Shown here piece after piece: positions 51,203 to 60,901 of a DNA stretch of 64,000 bases. The stretch is from an uncultured Clostridia bacterium. GTDB lineage: Bacteria; Bacillota; Clostridia; TANB77; CAG-508. The translations under genes were made by a program, and so were the position numbers. The notes beneath the pieces are model-generated. The model was given only the letters and a program-made list of their open reading frames with translations. It was not told the DNA's origin and searched no databases. The DNA lies in NCBI GenBank assembly GCA_963931155.1, contig OZ006978.1, forward strand, positions 1,300,692 through 1,364,691. Direction: 5' to 3'. Positions within the stretch are counted from its first letter, which is position 1; each line of letters opens with the position of its first letter.

Positions 51203-54200
51203 ATGAAAAACAAAGTAAAAAATTTAAAAAGCTTATTATTTTTATTAATTATTTTTGTAGTATTAGCATTTTCAAACACAGTATATGCTATTGATGGGCT
51301 AACCATTGCAGAACCAACAGATGAATATAAAGCATATATGGAATTAAGTGATGAAGAAAAGAATAAAGTGTTAGAACCAAAAAGATATAATGTTATAGCA
51401 CCAGAGTCAACTTCATCAAAATTAAATAAGATGAATAATTTATTTAAATTAACAGATATACTAGAAGATTCCTTAAATAAAGAATATGATTTAAGAAATA
51501 TAATTCCTAATAATGTTTTAGTAAGAGACCAAATGCAGACAGATTCATGTTGGGCATTTGCAGGATTAGGTATGCTAGAAAGTAGCTTGGGAATGAGAGA
51601 TTACAAGTTAGGAAATACTAAAAATATATATGATTTCTCAGAGAGACATATGTTTTATGCTTCAAAAAGAAGTTTCTTTAATAATAATCAATTCAATGAG
51701 TATGGATATACTACAGATGTTTCAGGAGGAAACTTTAATGAAGTAAGAAACTATTTTACAAATGGAATGGGAGCAATTGCAGAATCTGATATGCCATTTG
51801 AAAATAATGAGAATTATATTAATCTTTCAGACATACAAAACAAAAACACAATAACTACATTATATGACACAATTGAATTTGAAGATATAGAAGATGTGGG
51901 AAAAACAGAGCTTATGGCAAAAATGAAGCAAACTATATCAAATTATGGAGGAATTTTTGCGGGAGTTCATGGTGCACAATTACTTTCAGATGCATATAAC
52001 AATAAAACAGGAGCTATATATTGTGATCCAAATGACCAAGAAAATAGTTACGCAATGAATCATGCTGTTGTAATAATTGGCTGGGATGATAATTATAGCA
52101 GAGATAATTTTAATGAGGAACATAAACCACAAAATAATGGTGCATGGATAGTAAAAAATTCATGGGGAGATCAATTAACTGCAAATTTAAAAGAGCAAAA
52201 GCAAACTTTATATAATAAATATACAGCAGAATATAATGAAAAAGGTTGGTATTCAGCAGATGATATACCAAATGATTATATTATAGAGTTATTTGTTGAA
52301 AATGGTTATGGAGAAGGAAAAGTTTCAATAGAAGGTGAAAACATAGTTATTGATATTGGAGATAATGGTTATATGTATATCTCGTATGAAGATAAAAACA
52401 TATATAATAATCTATATGCAGTTGAAAAAGCTAGTAGTGAGAAAGATTATGACAATTTATATCAACATGATAAAAGGGCAGCTAATATACCAATAATTTA
52501 TCCAACTCAATCAGTGTATATCGCTAATAAATTTGAAAGAGATGCAGAAAAAACAGAATATTTAGATAAAATAGGATTTTATACATATCAAGAAGTTACA
52601 TGTGAAGCTTATGTGAATTCAGCAGATGGAGATTTAACAAATACAAAATTAAAAAAAGTAAACTTAAAAGAGGGAAGTAGCATTACTGTAGAACCAGGCT
52701 ATCATGTTTTAGAATTGGCAGAGCCAGTACAACTAACAGGAAGTTCATTTGTTGTTTCATTACGTATTTCTACAACTGAAGATGAAATAACATTTACAGA
52801 AGAAACTAAGGAAACAGATGAAAATGCTGAAATCGGACCAGACAAAAGTTTCTTTACAGATGATGATAACTTTAAAGTAAACAATTGGGAAGATTTAGGA
52901 ACGTACGAAACAGAAGAGGTTAGAGGAAATTTATCAATAAAAGCATTTACAGATAATGAAGGACCAGTTAAAAACTTAGAAAAAATTGAAATAACTACAC
53001 CACCAACTAAAACAGAATATATGGAAGGAGAAACCTTTGATAAAACAGGAATGGTTGTAAAGGCAAGTTATAGTAATTCCACATCACAAGAGGTAACAAA
53101 TTATAAAATTACAGATGGAGATAAACTTACATATGGGCAAGACCATGTTACTATACAATATGAAGAAAATGGAATTTCAAAAACTGCAACACAAGCTATT
53201 ACTGTAAACAAGGAAGAAACGCCAGAGCCTGTAGAAATTACAAATGTAACTATTAAGTCACTTCCTAGTAAATTAACATATATACAAAATGAAGAAGAAT
53301 TAGATTTAACTGGAGGTGTTTTAGAAGTAACATATAGTGATGGTAATGTAATTCAGTTAGATATGAAATCTACAGAGATTATTGTTACTGGTTTTGATAA
53401 TACAAAACTTGGAAAACAAACAATAACAATAACATACTCAAATAGACAACTTACTTTTGAAATAGAAATTATAGAAAAGACTGAACCTGTTGATCCTGAG
53501 AATCCAGGTGGTACAGATGAACCAGAAAATCCTGGGCAACCAGAAAACCCTCAAAATCCAGAAGAACAAATAAAACCAGTATTATCTGATTTTACAAATA
53601 TGCGAACAGAATATCTTCAAGCATTAATATATCTTTTTTCAGGAGATGAAGAATCATATATAGATTTTGAAATAAAGGTATCTAATATTGTAAATGGTAG
53701 TGACAAAACAAATTACACTTATTATTATCATTTTTCTGGAATAGGTACAGATGAGAATATTAATAATTGGATAAAAATAGAGAACCCTGAAATAAATGTA
53801 GCAAATGATGGAACAAAAACATTAACATTTAAAGTTAATAGCAAAGATATACCTGATTTTAGTGAAATATCTAAAAGCACAACACTATATTTATATTTAA
53901 AAGAAGATGCAGAAGCATCTGGTGAAACATTAAGTCAGGTAGTGTTAGATGAAGTTGAGAAAACAGAAAATACATTTGTAAAAGTATATAATGATGAAGA
54001 AGAAGTAGGAACAGTAGATGATGTAATTAACATATCAGGAAATAATCATCAAGCTCCAAATACTAACTATTCTGGTACAGAAGATACAGGAGATAATACA
54101 GTAGCAAAAGGAATACTTCCACAAGCAGGAGCTATATCAATAGGAATTGCAATAGCTGTATTAATAGGAATAGGAATATATACATTTATAAAACATAGAA

Positions 54201-54214
54201 ATATAGACAAATAA
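51203..54214 (+). CDS. Cell-wall-anchored papain-like (C1) cysteine protease with lectin-like and Ig-like domains
   Basis: Signal peptide, QMQTDSCWAF, NHAVVIIGWDD, WIVKNSWG, two Big_3-like repeats, LPQAG plus TM plus basic tail. Confidence 0.88.
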   Translation: MKNKVKNLKSLLFLLIIFVVLAFSNTVYAIDGLTIAEPTDEYKAYMELSDEEKNKVLEPKRYNVIAPESTSSKLNKMNNLFKLTDILEDSLNKEYDLRNIIPNNVLVRDQMQTDSCWAFAGLGMLESSLGMRDYKLGNTKNIYDFSERHMFYASKRSFFNNNQFNEYGYTTDVSGGNFNEVRNYFTNGMGAIAESDMPFENNENYINLSDIQNKNTITTLYDTIEFEDIEDVGKTELMAKMKQTISNYGGIFAGVHGAQLLSDAYNNKTGAIYCDPNDQENSYAMNHAVVIIGWDDNYSRDNFNEEHKPQNNGAWIVKNSWGDQLTANLKEQKQTLYNKYTAEYNEKGWYSADDIPNDYIIELFVENGYGEGKVSIEGENIVIDIGDNGYMYISYEDKNIYNNLYAVEKASSEKDYDNLYQHDKRAANIPIIYPTQSVYIANKFERDAEKTEYLDKIGFYTYQEVTCEAYVNSADGDLTNTKLKKVNLKEGSSITVEPGYHVLELAEPVQLTGSSFVVSLRISTTEDEITFTEETKETDENAEIGPDKSFFTDDDNFKVNNWEDLGTYETEEVRGNLSIKAFTDNEGPVKNLEKIEITTPPTKTEYMEGETFDKTGMVVKASYSNSTSQEVTNYKITDGDKLTYGQDHVTIQYEENGISKTATQAITVNKEETPEPVEITNVTIKSLPSKLTYIQNEEELDLTGGVLEVTYSDGNVIQLDMKSTEIIVTGFDNTKLGKQTITITYSNRQLTFEIEIIEKTEPVDPENPGGTDEPENPGQPENPQNPEEQIKPVLSDFTNMRTEYLQALIYLFSGDEESYIDFEIKVSNIVNGSDKTNYTYYYHFSGIGTDENINNWIKIENPEINVANDGTKTLTFKVNSKDIPDFSEISKSTTLYLYLKEDAEASGETLSQVVLDEVEKTENTFVKVYNDEEEVGTVDDVINISGNNHQAPNTNYSGTEDTGDNTVAKGILPQAGAISIGIAIAVLIGIGIYTFIKHRNIDK

Positions 54215-54297
54215 AAAATTATAAAATTGTGTTATAATAAAACTATTGACATAATGTGCTTATATAAGTTATAATATGAATTGTATTTAAATAAACA

Positions 54298-54514
54298 AAA
54301 ACATAAATGAGACAAAGTAAAATAAGGGTTGTTTACAGAGAGGAATAGTTATAAGCTGAAAGCTATTCTAAATAAATGTATTTGAAAAACTACCTCATTG
54401 TTTCTAGAAAAACTAGACGTATGCTTGCGTTAAAAGTTAATTAAGTTAAATAAAGGGTGGAACCGTGTATAAAAAAGCACCCCTCTAATAGTTACTATTA
54501 GAGGGGGCTTTTAT
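54298..54514 (+). promoter_or_regulatory. T-box riboswitch (Thr)
   Basis: AGAGAG/GCTGAA stem I motifs, ACC specifier in gaaaaactACCtc, AAGGGTGGAACCGTG T-box, terminator cccctctaatag/ctattagagggg; upstream TTGACA...TATAAT. Confidence 0.9.
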
Positions 54515-54515
54515 A

Positions 54516-54645
54516 TGTAATAGGAAATTTCTCTGAAATTCCTATTACATATAAAGGCTATAATCGCCATTGCCTTTAGGATTTCCTCCTTATAGTCGGA
54601 AACCTAAATCGGCACGAACAAATGGTGACTTCGACCTTTTGTTCT
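54516..54645 (+). repeat. Structured repeat P-Q variant inside thrS leader
   Basis: tgtaataggaaatttctctgaaattcctattaca followed by a Q variant. Confidence 0.85.
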
Positions 54646-54678
54646 CCAAATAGATAAAATAAAGAAAGGATGATTATT

Positions 54679-56589
54679 ATGAAAATTACTTTAAAAGATG
54701 GATCTATCAAAGAAGTAAAACAAGGTATTACAGTTTTAGAATTAGCAAAAGAAATAAGCGAAGGGTTAGCTAGAATGGCAACTTGTGCCAAAGTTAATGG
54801 AAAAGTAAGAGATTTAAGATATGAAATTAAAGAAGACTCAGAAGTTGAAATATGCACTTTTGAAAATAGTGAAGATGGAAAAAAAGCGTATTGGCATACA
54901 ACAGCACATATAATGGCACAAGCTATTAAAAGAATATATGGAAATGATATAAAATTAACAATAGGACCTGCAATTGATAAAGGTTTTTATTACGATTTTG
55001 ATGTTAAAGAAAATATTTCTTCAGACGACTTTGAAAAGATTGAGGCAGAAATGAAGAAAATAATAAAAGAAGATTTGCCAATTGAAAGATTTACTCTTCA
55101 AAGAAATGAAGCTATAAAATTTATGAAAGAACAAGCAGAAGACTATAAAGTCGAATTAATAGAAGAACTTCCTGAAGGAGAGGAAATATCATTTTATAAG
55201 CAAGGAGAATTTACAGACCTTTGTGCAGGACCACACTTAATGAGTACAGGAAAAGTTAAAGCAGTTAAGATATTATCCTCTTCAGGAGCATATTGGAGAG
55301 GTGACGAGAATAATAAAATGCTTCAAAGATTTTATGGAATATCTTATCCAAAGGCTAGCCAATTGGAAGAGTATTTAAATATGCTAGAAGAAGCTAAAAA
55401 ACGTGACCATAAAAAACTAGGAAAAGAATTAGAATTATTTATGATTGCACCAGAAGGACCAGGATTCCCATTTTTCTTACCAAAGGGAATGGTACTAAGA
55501 AACGTACTAGAGGATTTTTGGAGAGATATTCATAGAAAAAACGGATATGTTGAAATAAAAACTCCAATGATATTAAATGAAGAATTATGGCATCGTTCAG
55601 GACATTGGGATCATTACAAAGAAAATATGTATACCACAAAAATAGATGATGTAGATTATGGTATTAAGCCAATGAACTGCCCAGGAGGAATGCTTGTATA
55701 TAAGAGTAAAATGCATTCATACAAGGATTTACCAATAAGAGCAGGAGAGTTAGGACTAGTTCACAGACATGAAAAATCTGGAGAATTAAATGGATTATTC
55801 AGAGTAAGATGCTTCACACAAGATGATGCACATATATTTTGTTTGCCAGAGCAAATAGAAGCTGAAATAGCAGGAATAATGAAACTTGTAGATGAAGTGT
55901 ATAGCATTTTTGGATTTGAATATACAGTAGAGCTTTCTACAAGACCAGAAGATTCAATGGGGTCTGATGAGCAATGGAAAATGGCAGAAGGAGCCTTAAA
56001 AAAAGTACTTAAAGATATGGATATGCCATATGAAATAAATGAAGGAGATGGAGCTTTCTATGGCCCTAAGATAGATTTCCATATAAAAGACTCCTTAGGA
56101 CGTGAATGGCAATGCGGTACAATACAACTAGATTTCCAAATGCCAGAGAGATTTGACTTAACATATATTGGTGAAGATGGAGAAAAACATAGACCAGTTA
56201 TGCTTCATAGGGTTATATTTGGAAGTATAGAAAGATTTATTGGAGTACTTATTGAAAATTATGCAGGAGCATTCCCAACATGGCTTGCACCAGTACAAGT
56301 AGAACTCTTGTCAATTGCAGATACACATGTAGAATATGCAAATCAAGTAAAAGCAAAATTAGAAGATGTTGGAATTAGAGTAGAGTTAGATGATAGAAAT
56401 GAAAAAATTGGATATAAGATAAGAGAAGCACAACTTCAAAAAATACCTTATATGCTAATACTAGGAGATAAAGAAAAAGAAAAAGGAACAGTAGGTGTTC
56501 GTTCTAGAAAAGATGGAGACATAGGAGCAATGGATTTAGATGATTTTATTGCTAAAATAGTTGAAGAAATAGATACTTTTGCAAAATAA
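54679..56589 (+). CDS. thrS: Threonine--tRNA ligase
   Basis: HTTAH, DLCAGPH, RDHKKLG, KPMNCP, GAFYGPKID, HRVIFGSIERF. Confidence 0.98.
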   Translation: MKITLKDGSIKEVKQGITVLELAKEISEGLARMATCAKVNGKVRDLRYEIKEDSEVEICTFENSEDGKKAYWHTTAHIMAQAIKRIYGNDIKLTIGPAIDKGFYYDFDVKENISSDDFEKIEAEMKKIIKEDLPIERFTLQRNEAIKFMKEQAEDYKVELIEELPEGEEISFYKQGEFTDLCAGPHLMSTGKVKAVKILSSSGAYWRGDENNKMLQRFYGISYPKASQLEEYLNMLEEAKKRDHKKLGKELELFMIAPEGPGFPFFLPKGMVLRNVLEDFWRDIHRKNGYVEIKTPMILNEELWHRSGHWDHYKENMYTTKIDDVDYGIKPMNCPGGMLVYKSKMHSYKDLPIRAGELGLVHRHEKSGELNGLFRVRCFTQDDAHIFCLPEQIEAEIAGIMKLVDEVYSIFGFEYTVELSTRPEDSMGSDEQWKMAEGALKKVLKDMDMPYEINEGDGAFYGPKIDFHIKDSLGREWQCGTIQLDFQMPERFDLTYIGEDGEKHRPVMLHRVIFGSIERFIGVLIENYAGAFPTWLAPVQVELLSIADTHVEYANQVKAKLEDVGIRVELDDRNEKIGYKIREAQLQKIPYMLILGDKEKEKGTVGVRSRKDGDIGAMDLDDFIAKIVEEIDTFAK

Positions 56590-56665
56590 AGCAGGTCATA
56601 TTGAAAAAAATCAAAAAAATGCTATAATCATTAAATAGTTAAAACTACTATGTAAGGAGGAGCTT

Positions 56666-57097
56666 ATGGTATATACTGAAGCAACTGAAAGAGCGATGAG
56701 AATCGCATATAATGCACATCATGGACAACTTGACAAATCAGGAGTACCTTACATTTTCCACCCTATTCATTTGGCAGAACAGATGGGAACGGAGGCGGAG
56801 TGCATTGTTGCACTTTTGCATGACACGGTGGAGGACACCGATGTGACCCTAGATGAGCTGTCAGAACAGTTTTCGAGCAGTATCATCGAGGCTTTGAAGC
56901 TTCTTACACATGACAAGTCTGTGGACTACTTCGACTATGTTAGGATGGTGAAGGACAATCCGATTGCAAGGAAAGTTAAGCTTGCAGATCTAAGACACAA
57001 TAGTGACATGTCTAGAATCAAAAATCCAACTGAAAAGGATTGGAGGCGTGCAAAGAAGTATCAAAAAGCGATTGAAATGTTGAATAGGGAGGAATAA
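56666..57097 (+). CDS. Stand-alone HD-domain protein (small alarmone hydrolase-like)
   Basis: AHHGQLDKSGVPYIFHP, ALLHDTVED, VKLADLRHN. Confidence 0.85.
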   Translation: MVYTEATERAMRIAYNAHHGQLDKSGVPYIFHPIHLAEQMGTEAECIVALLHDTVEDTDVTLDELSEQFSSSIIEALKLLTHDKSVDYFDYVRMVKDNPIARKVKLADLRHNSDMSRIKNPTEKDWRRAKKYQKAIEMLNREE

Positions 57098-57100
57098 GTC

Positions 57101-57141
57101 TTCCACCAAAAAAGAGACCATTGGTCTCTTTTTTGGTGGAT
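57101..57141. terminator. Palindromic terminator-like hairpin
   Basis: tccaccaaaaaagagacca-t-tggtctcttttttggtgga. Confidence 0.7.
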
Positions 57142-57230
57142 AGAAAAAGTGATAAATTTGAGAAAATAGCTAAAATATGCTATAATTAAAGAGTAAACCG
57201 TTTTACAAACAACCGAAAGGAGTATGCAAC

Positions 57231-58142
57231 ATGAGGGTTACAGACACCCTGGAATTTCCTGATATGCAGGAAATTCTGGAAAAAGCGCACAACATCGATG
57301 ATGTTTGGACTGCGCTTATCGCATGGTTCAGTGAGGATCCAAACAACTTGGAGAAGGTCGCATGTGCGAACAAGCTCATCGAGTTTAACAACATGCGGAA
57401 TTCGGATCTGGTCATCAAGCTTGATCAAGATGTTCGTGAAATCAAAGATGTCCTTCGCGGGATATCCAGAAGATACGGACACACGATTACAGTGACCAGG
57501 CGTCAAAAGGCGCTCATTGGTGTCATCGCAAAGATGGTGATACTAATTCAGCGAGGTGAGAAACGAGGCACGAATGTGTTCTCCTCTCTTGAAAGTCTGA
57601 AAGACTTTATCGGCATTCGAATTGTTGCTCAGACTGGAAAGAAGGATACACCAAAAAGCCAGCAGATGGCTTACGACATCATGAACGAGGTGCTTAGGTT
57701 CCTTGTTGTCGACAAGAAGAACACTCTGTCTACGGTCACACAGGATCGCACGGTGCGAGAGCTGGATGGCATCTTGATTCCGAAGGAGTCTGGAGTTTTG
57801 GACGTCTTCAGGGACAACGTGAAGGACTACTTTTACTATGCCAAACCCAATGGCTACCAGTGCCTGCACGCTGTTCCCATGGGACCTGACCAGCAAACGG
57901 TCGAGATTCAGGTAAGGACTCAAGAAGCCGAAGTGCGAGCAGAGTATGCCGAGGCAACTAGCCATGAAGCTCACAGACTGCTTCGCTATGAAGACTTCGA
58001 GATTCCGGTCGACCTGTCTAGGGTCGACATCGAAGGTGTCACCTTGGTTGAATTCGAGGGCGAAACTTCGGTTCCTAGTGGCACCATCTACGATAGAGTC
58101 GGACTCGTTAGCTCGGTTGATCCATTGAACCTTTTGCGTTAG
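57231..58142 (+). CDS. Small alarmone synthetase-like protein (RelA/SpoT synthetase domain), GC-rich
   Basis: KDFIGIRIV, KDYFYYAKPNGYQCLH, VEIQVRT. Confidence 0.8.
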   Translation: MRVTDTLEFPDMQEILEKAHNIDDVWTALIAWFSEDPNNLEKVACANKLIEFNNMRNSDLVIKLDQDVREIKDVLRGISRRYGHTITVTRRQKALIGVIAKMVILIQRGEKRGTNVFSSLESLKDFIGIRIVAQTGKKDTPKSQQMAYDIMNEVLRFLVVDKKNTLSTVTQDRTVRELDGILIPKESGVLDVFRDNVKDYFYYAKPNGYQCLHAVPMGPDQQTVEIQVRTQEAEVRAEYAEATSHEAHRLLRYEDFEIPVDLSRVDIEGVTLVEFEGETSVPSGTIYDRVGLVSSVDPLNLLR

Positions 58143-58312
58143 AGGTTGCAATTGCCCGGGGAGAAATTCCCTGGGCAATTGTTTTGGAAAAATAAGAAAG
58201 TTTAGTAACTTTATTATATAAAAACTTTTTCTGAAATTCATATTTTCATATAGAATAATAAAGAAACTTGTGATATAATGCAATACGAAAGAATAATTGA
58301 AGGAGGCAAATT

Positions 58313-60757
58313 ATGGCTAGAACTGCTAAAACAGTAAAAACAACAGAGGCTACAAAAACTACAAAAACACCTAGAACTACCAAAAAAGTCACAAAAAAAG
58401 AGCCAGATAATGAAGTAAATAGCAAATTGAAATATATTGGACTTAATTTAAACAGAATACCAGCATTTTTAAAAGAACATGAAAGCCTAAATTTCAGACC
58501 TTCTAAATCGTATGATGATACAATTTATAAAGTATATAGATATGTTAATATAAAAAATATAGAAATTTTAATAACACCACAAGATAGACTAACTGACATA
58601 AAAGAAAAATATAAATTAGCAAGCCCAATTCGTGATTACTTGGATAAAAAGAATATAGAAAATGCTGAAAAACATGAAACTTTTATAAAGCTAATTGAAA
58701 CTATTAACGAAACAAGAATTGAAGAAATAGCCAAAGAACAAGAAAAATTAAACGAAAAAATACCATATGAAGTAAAATATCCAAACAATTATATATGGCA
58801 AGTATATTATTCAGATTATGCAAAAAAATATTTTATGCTTGCAACTACAAAAGAACAAGATAATAACGCAATGTTTTACTTGTTAAAAGAACAAATAGCA
58901 CATGCAAGAGCTAAAAAAGGAAATTATATATTTATTCCAATAAGTCATTTAGAATATTCTGGATTATACTTAACAAAATCAGAAATTTCAGATATTGAAA
59001 ATTATTTATGGTATTTTACAAAAGAATGGCCAAATGTATATGAGATATTTGATAAAGACAATAATCTATTTATTAAAGTTGTAGGAATTACAAATATATA
59101 TGATAAAATAAAAACCACATATAGTATAACTTTAGATTCTAAAGAAAAATCATTAGAGTTTTACAAATTGCTAAAAGCCATGTTTATACTAGCAACAGGC
59201 GCAAAGGAAGAATTTAAATTTGTAACAAAGATAAATCCAGAAGGCGAGTTAGAGTTTTGGCATAATAATCATTTAATTAAATATGCAAATCTTTCTGAAT
59301 ATATAAAATTAGAGTATTTAGATAAAATTGATAGACTAAAAAAAGAAATAAAAGATGGAGCAGAACTTGAAAGAAAACTAAGTAAATTTAAAATAGTTAT
59401 TGAAGAATTAACACAAGATTACTTACAAAGGCAAAGACAAATTGCGACATTTCTAGAATGTAAAAAAACTTTTTTTGGTAAAGTTAAATATTTCTTTAAA
59501 AAGAAAAAAGACAATAAAGATGTTCGAATACTAAAAGAGCAAAAAACTTTAAATAGAAGAAATGAAAGTAAAGGTGTAAAAGACGAAGCACAAGACGAAA
59601 CATTAAAAGAATTATATATGTTAAAACAACAATATACAATAGAGGATTTAATTAATATATGTGCAAAACTAGAAGAAATAGTTAAGAAAAATACAAATTT
59701 AACATTAGATATCAAAGCAATAGAAACAAAAAAAGATATATTAGCTAAAAAAATTGACAATGCTGATTTATACATAAAAGAAATAGACAAACACAAGAAG
59801 AGCATTTTTGAATTTTGGAAATTTACTAGCAAAGATGAGGTACAAACCCTACATGAAGCAGAAGAACAAGAAAAAGCAGAGCAAATAAAAATGAAAAAGT
59901 ATTTCGATTATCAAGATGATTTAGAAGATTTAGGAAAAATTGTTGATGAAGTTCAAAGAAGAAAATTATCAAAAAATGAAACAGATGCAATATTTGCTTT
60001 AAAACAAGTGCCAGCATCATTTAAAGAATTAAATGATGAAATAGATGCAGAATTACTTGAAATAAAAGAAAATAAAACAGTAAAACCAAAAAGAAAAACT
60101 GGGAAGAAAGAAAGTCAATTAGAAAAGGATTTAAACAAATTAAAAAAAGAATACGAAGATAATATAGAAGTAATAAATAGTAAAGATTTTGACATTTTTG
60201 GTAGCTTAGTCGAAGACAAAACTAAACTAAAAAGCATTAACAATGAAAAACATAGAGAAATAGAAAAAGACAAATTTAAAATATTAAATATAAGTTTAGA
60301 CACAAATATTAAAACATATAAAGAAAACTTAGAAAGCTATTTATCACTTATAAAAGAATCATTAAATAAAATAAAATCACCATATGATATGTCTGTATAT
60401 TGTGTAAATGATAAAAAAACAGTTCAGGGAATACGAATATTTAATATGAATCCAAAAACAGCTTTAAAAAATGAACTTACAGGGAAAAAAGAAAAAATAA
60501 CATTATGTAAAATAAATATAAAAGAAAATACACCAGCAGTATTTTATAGCAATATAATATTTTATGATAATTATAATAAAACATTACCAGTAGGAATGAA
60601 CTTATCATCAGAAATAGTGTTAGATGTAAACAAATTAAAATTAAAATTTGTAAAAGAAGATACATTTTATATGAATTACAAAGTAAATGAATTTGACTTT
60701 GCAACAAAAGAAATAGAAATTTATGAATATAATGCAGATTATGAAACAAAAGAATAA
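58313..60757 (+). CDS. Large hypothetical coiled-coil protein
   Basis: 814-aa ORF, AAGGAGG RBS, Lys/Thr-rich N-terminus, long coiled coils. Confidence 0.7.
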   Translation: MARTAKTVKTTEATKTTKTPRTTKKVTKKEPDNEVNSKLKYIGLNLNRIPAFLKEHESLNFRPSKSYDDTIYKVYRYVNIKNIEILITPQDRLTDIKEKYKLASPIRDYLDKKNIENAEKHETFIKLIETINETRIEEIAKEQEKLNEKIPYEVKYPNNYIWQVYYSDYAKKYFMLATTKEQDNNAMFYLLKEQIAHARAKKGNYIFIPISHLEYSGLYLTKSEISDIENYLWYFTKEWPNVYEIFDKDNNLFIKVVGITNIYDKIKTTYSITLDSKEKSLEFYKLLKAMFILATGAKEEFKFVTKINPEGELEFWHNNHLIKYANLSEYIKLEYLDKIDRLKKEIKDGAELERKLSKFKIVIEELTQDYLQRQRQIATFLECKKTFFGKVKYFFKKKKDNKDVRILKEQKTLNRRNESKGVKDEAQDETLKELYMLKQQYTIEDLINICAKLEEIVKKNTNLTLDIKAIETKKDILAKKIDNADLYIKEIDKHKKSIFEFWKFTSKDEVQTLHEAEEQEKAEQIKMKKYFDYQDDLEDLGKIVDEVQRRKLSKNETDAIFALKQVPASFKELNDEIDAELLEIKENKTVKPKRKTGKKESQLEKDLNKLKKEYEDNIEVINSKDFDIFGSLVEDKTKLKSINNEKHREIEKDKFKILNISLDTNIKTYKENLESYLSLIKESLNKIKSPYDMSVYCVNDKKTVQGIRIFNMNPKTALKNELTGKKEKITLCKINIKENTPAVFYSNIIFYDNYNKTLPVGMNLSSEIVLDVNKLKLKFVKEDTFYMNYKVNEFDFATKEIEIYEYNADYETKE

Positions 60758-60901
60758 AAAAGGATATCAATTTGATATCCTTTTTTATTCGGTGTATTTT
60801 TCTATTAATAATATAATAATAAAAAAGTGCAAAAAAGAGATTGACAAAACGAACACTTGGTTGTAAAATATAACAAACAAATTTTCTATAGGAGGATAAA
60901 A

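Noticed and set aside
53480-53570. PENP/PEN low-complexity repeat in the C1 protease
   Set aside because: Ordinary Pro-rich linker of a wall-anchored protein
57298-57495. +1 frame ORF overlapping the CGG in the SAS-like gene as an alternative product
   Set aside because: Ends after about 30 codons past the CGG with no recognisable motif; the synthetase motifs are in the zero frame
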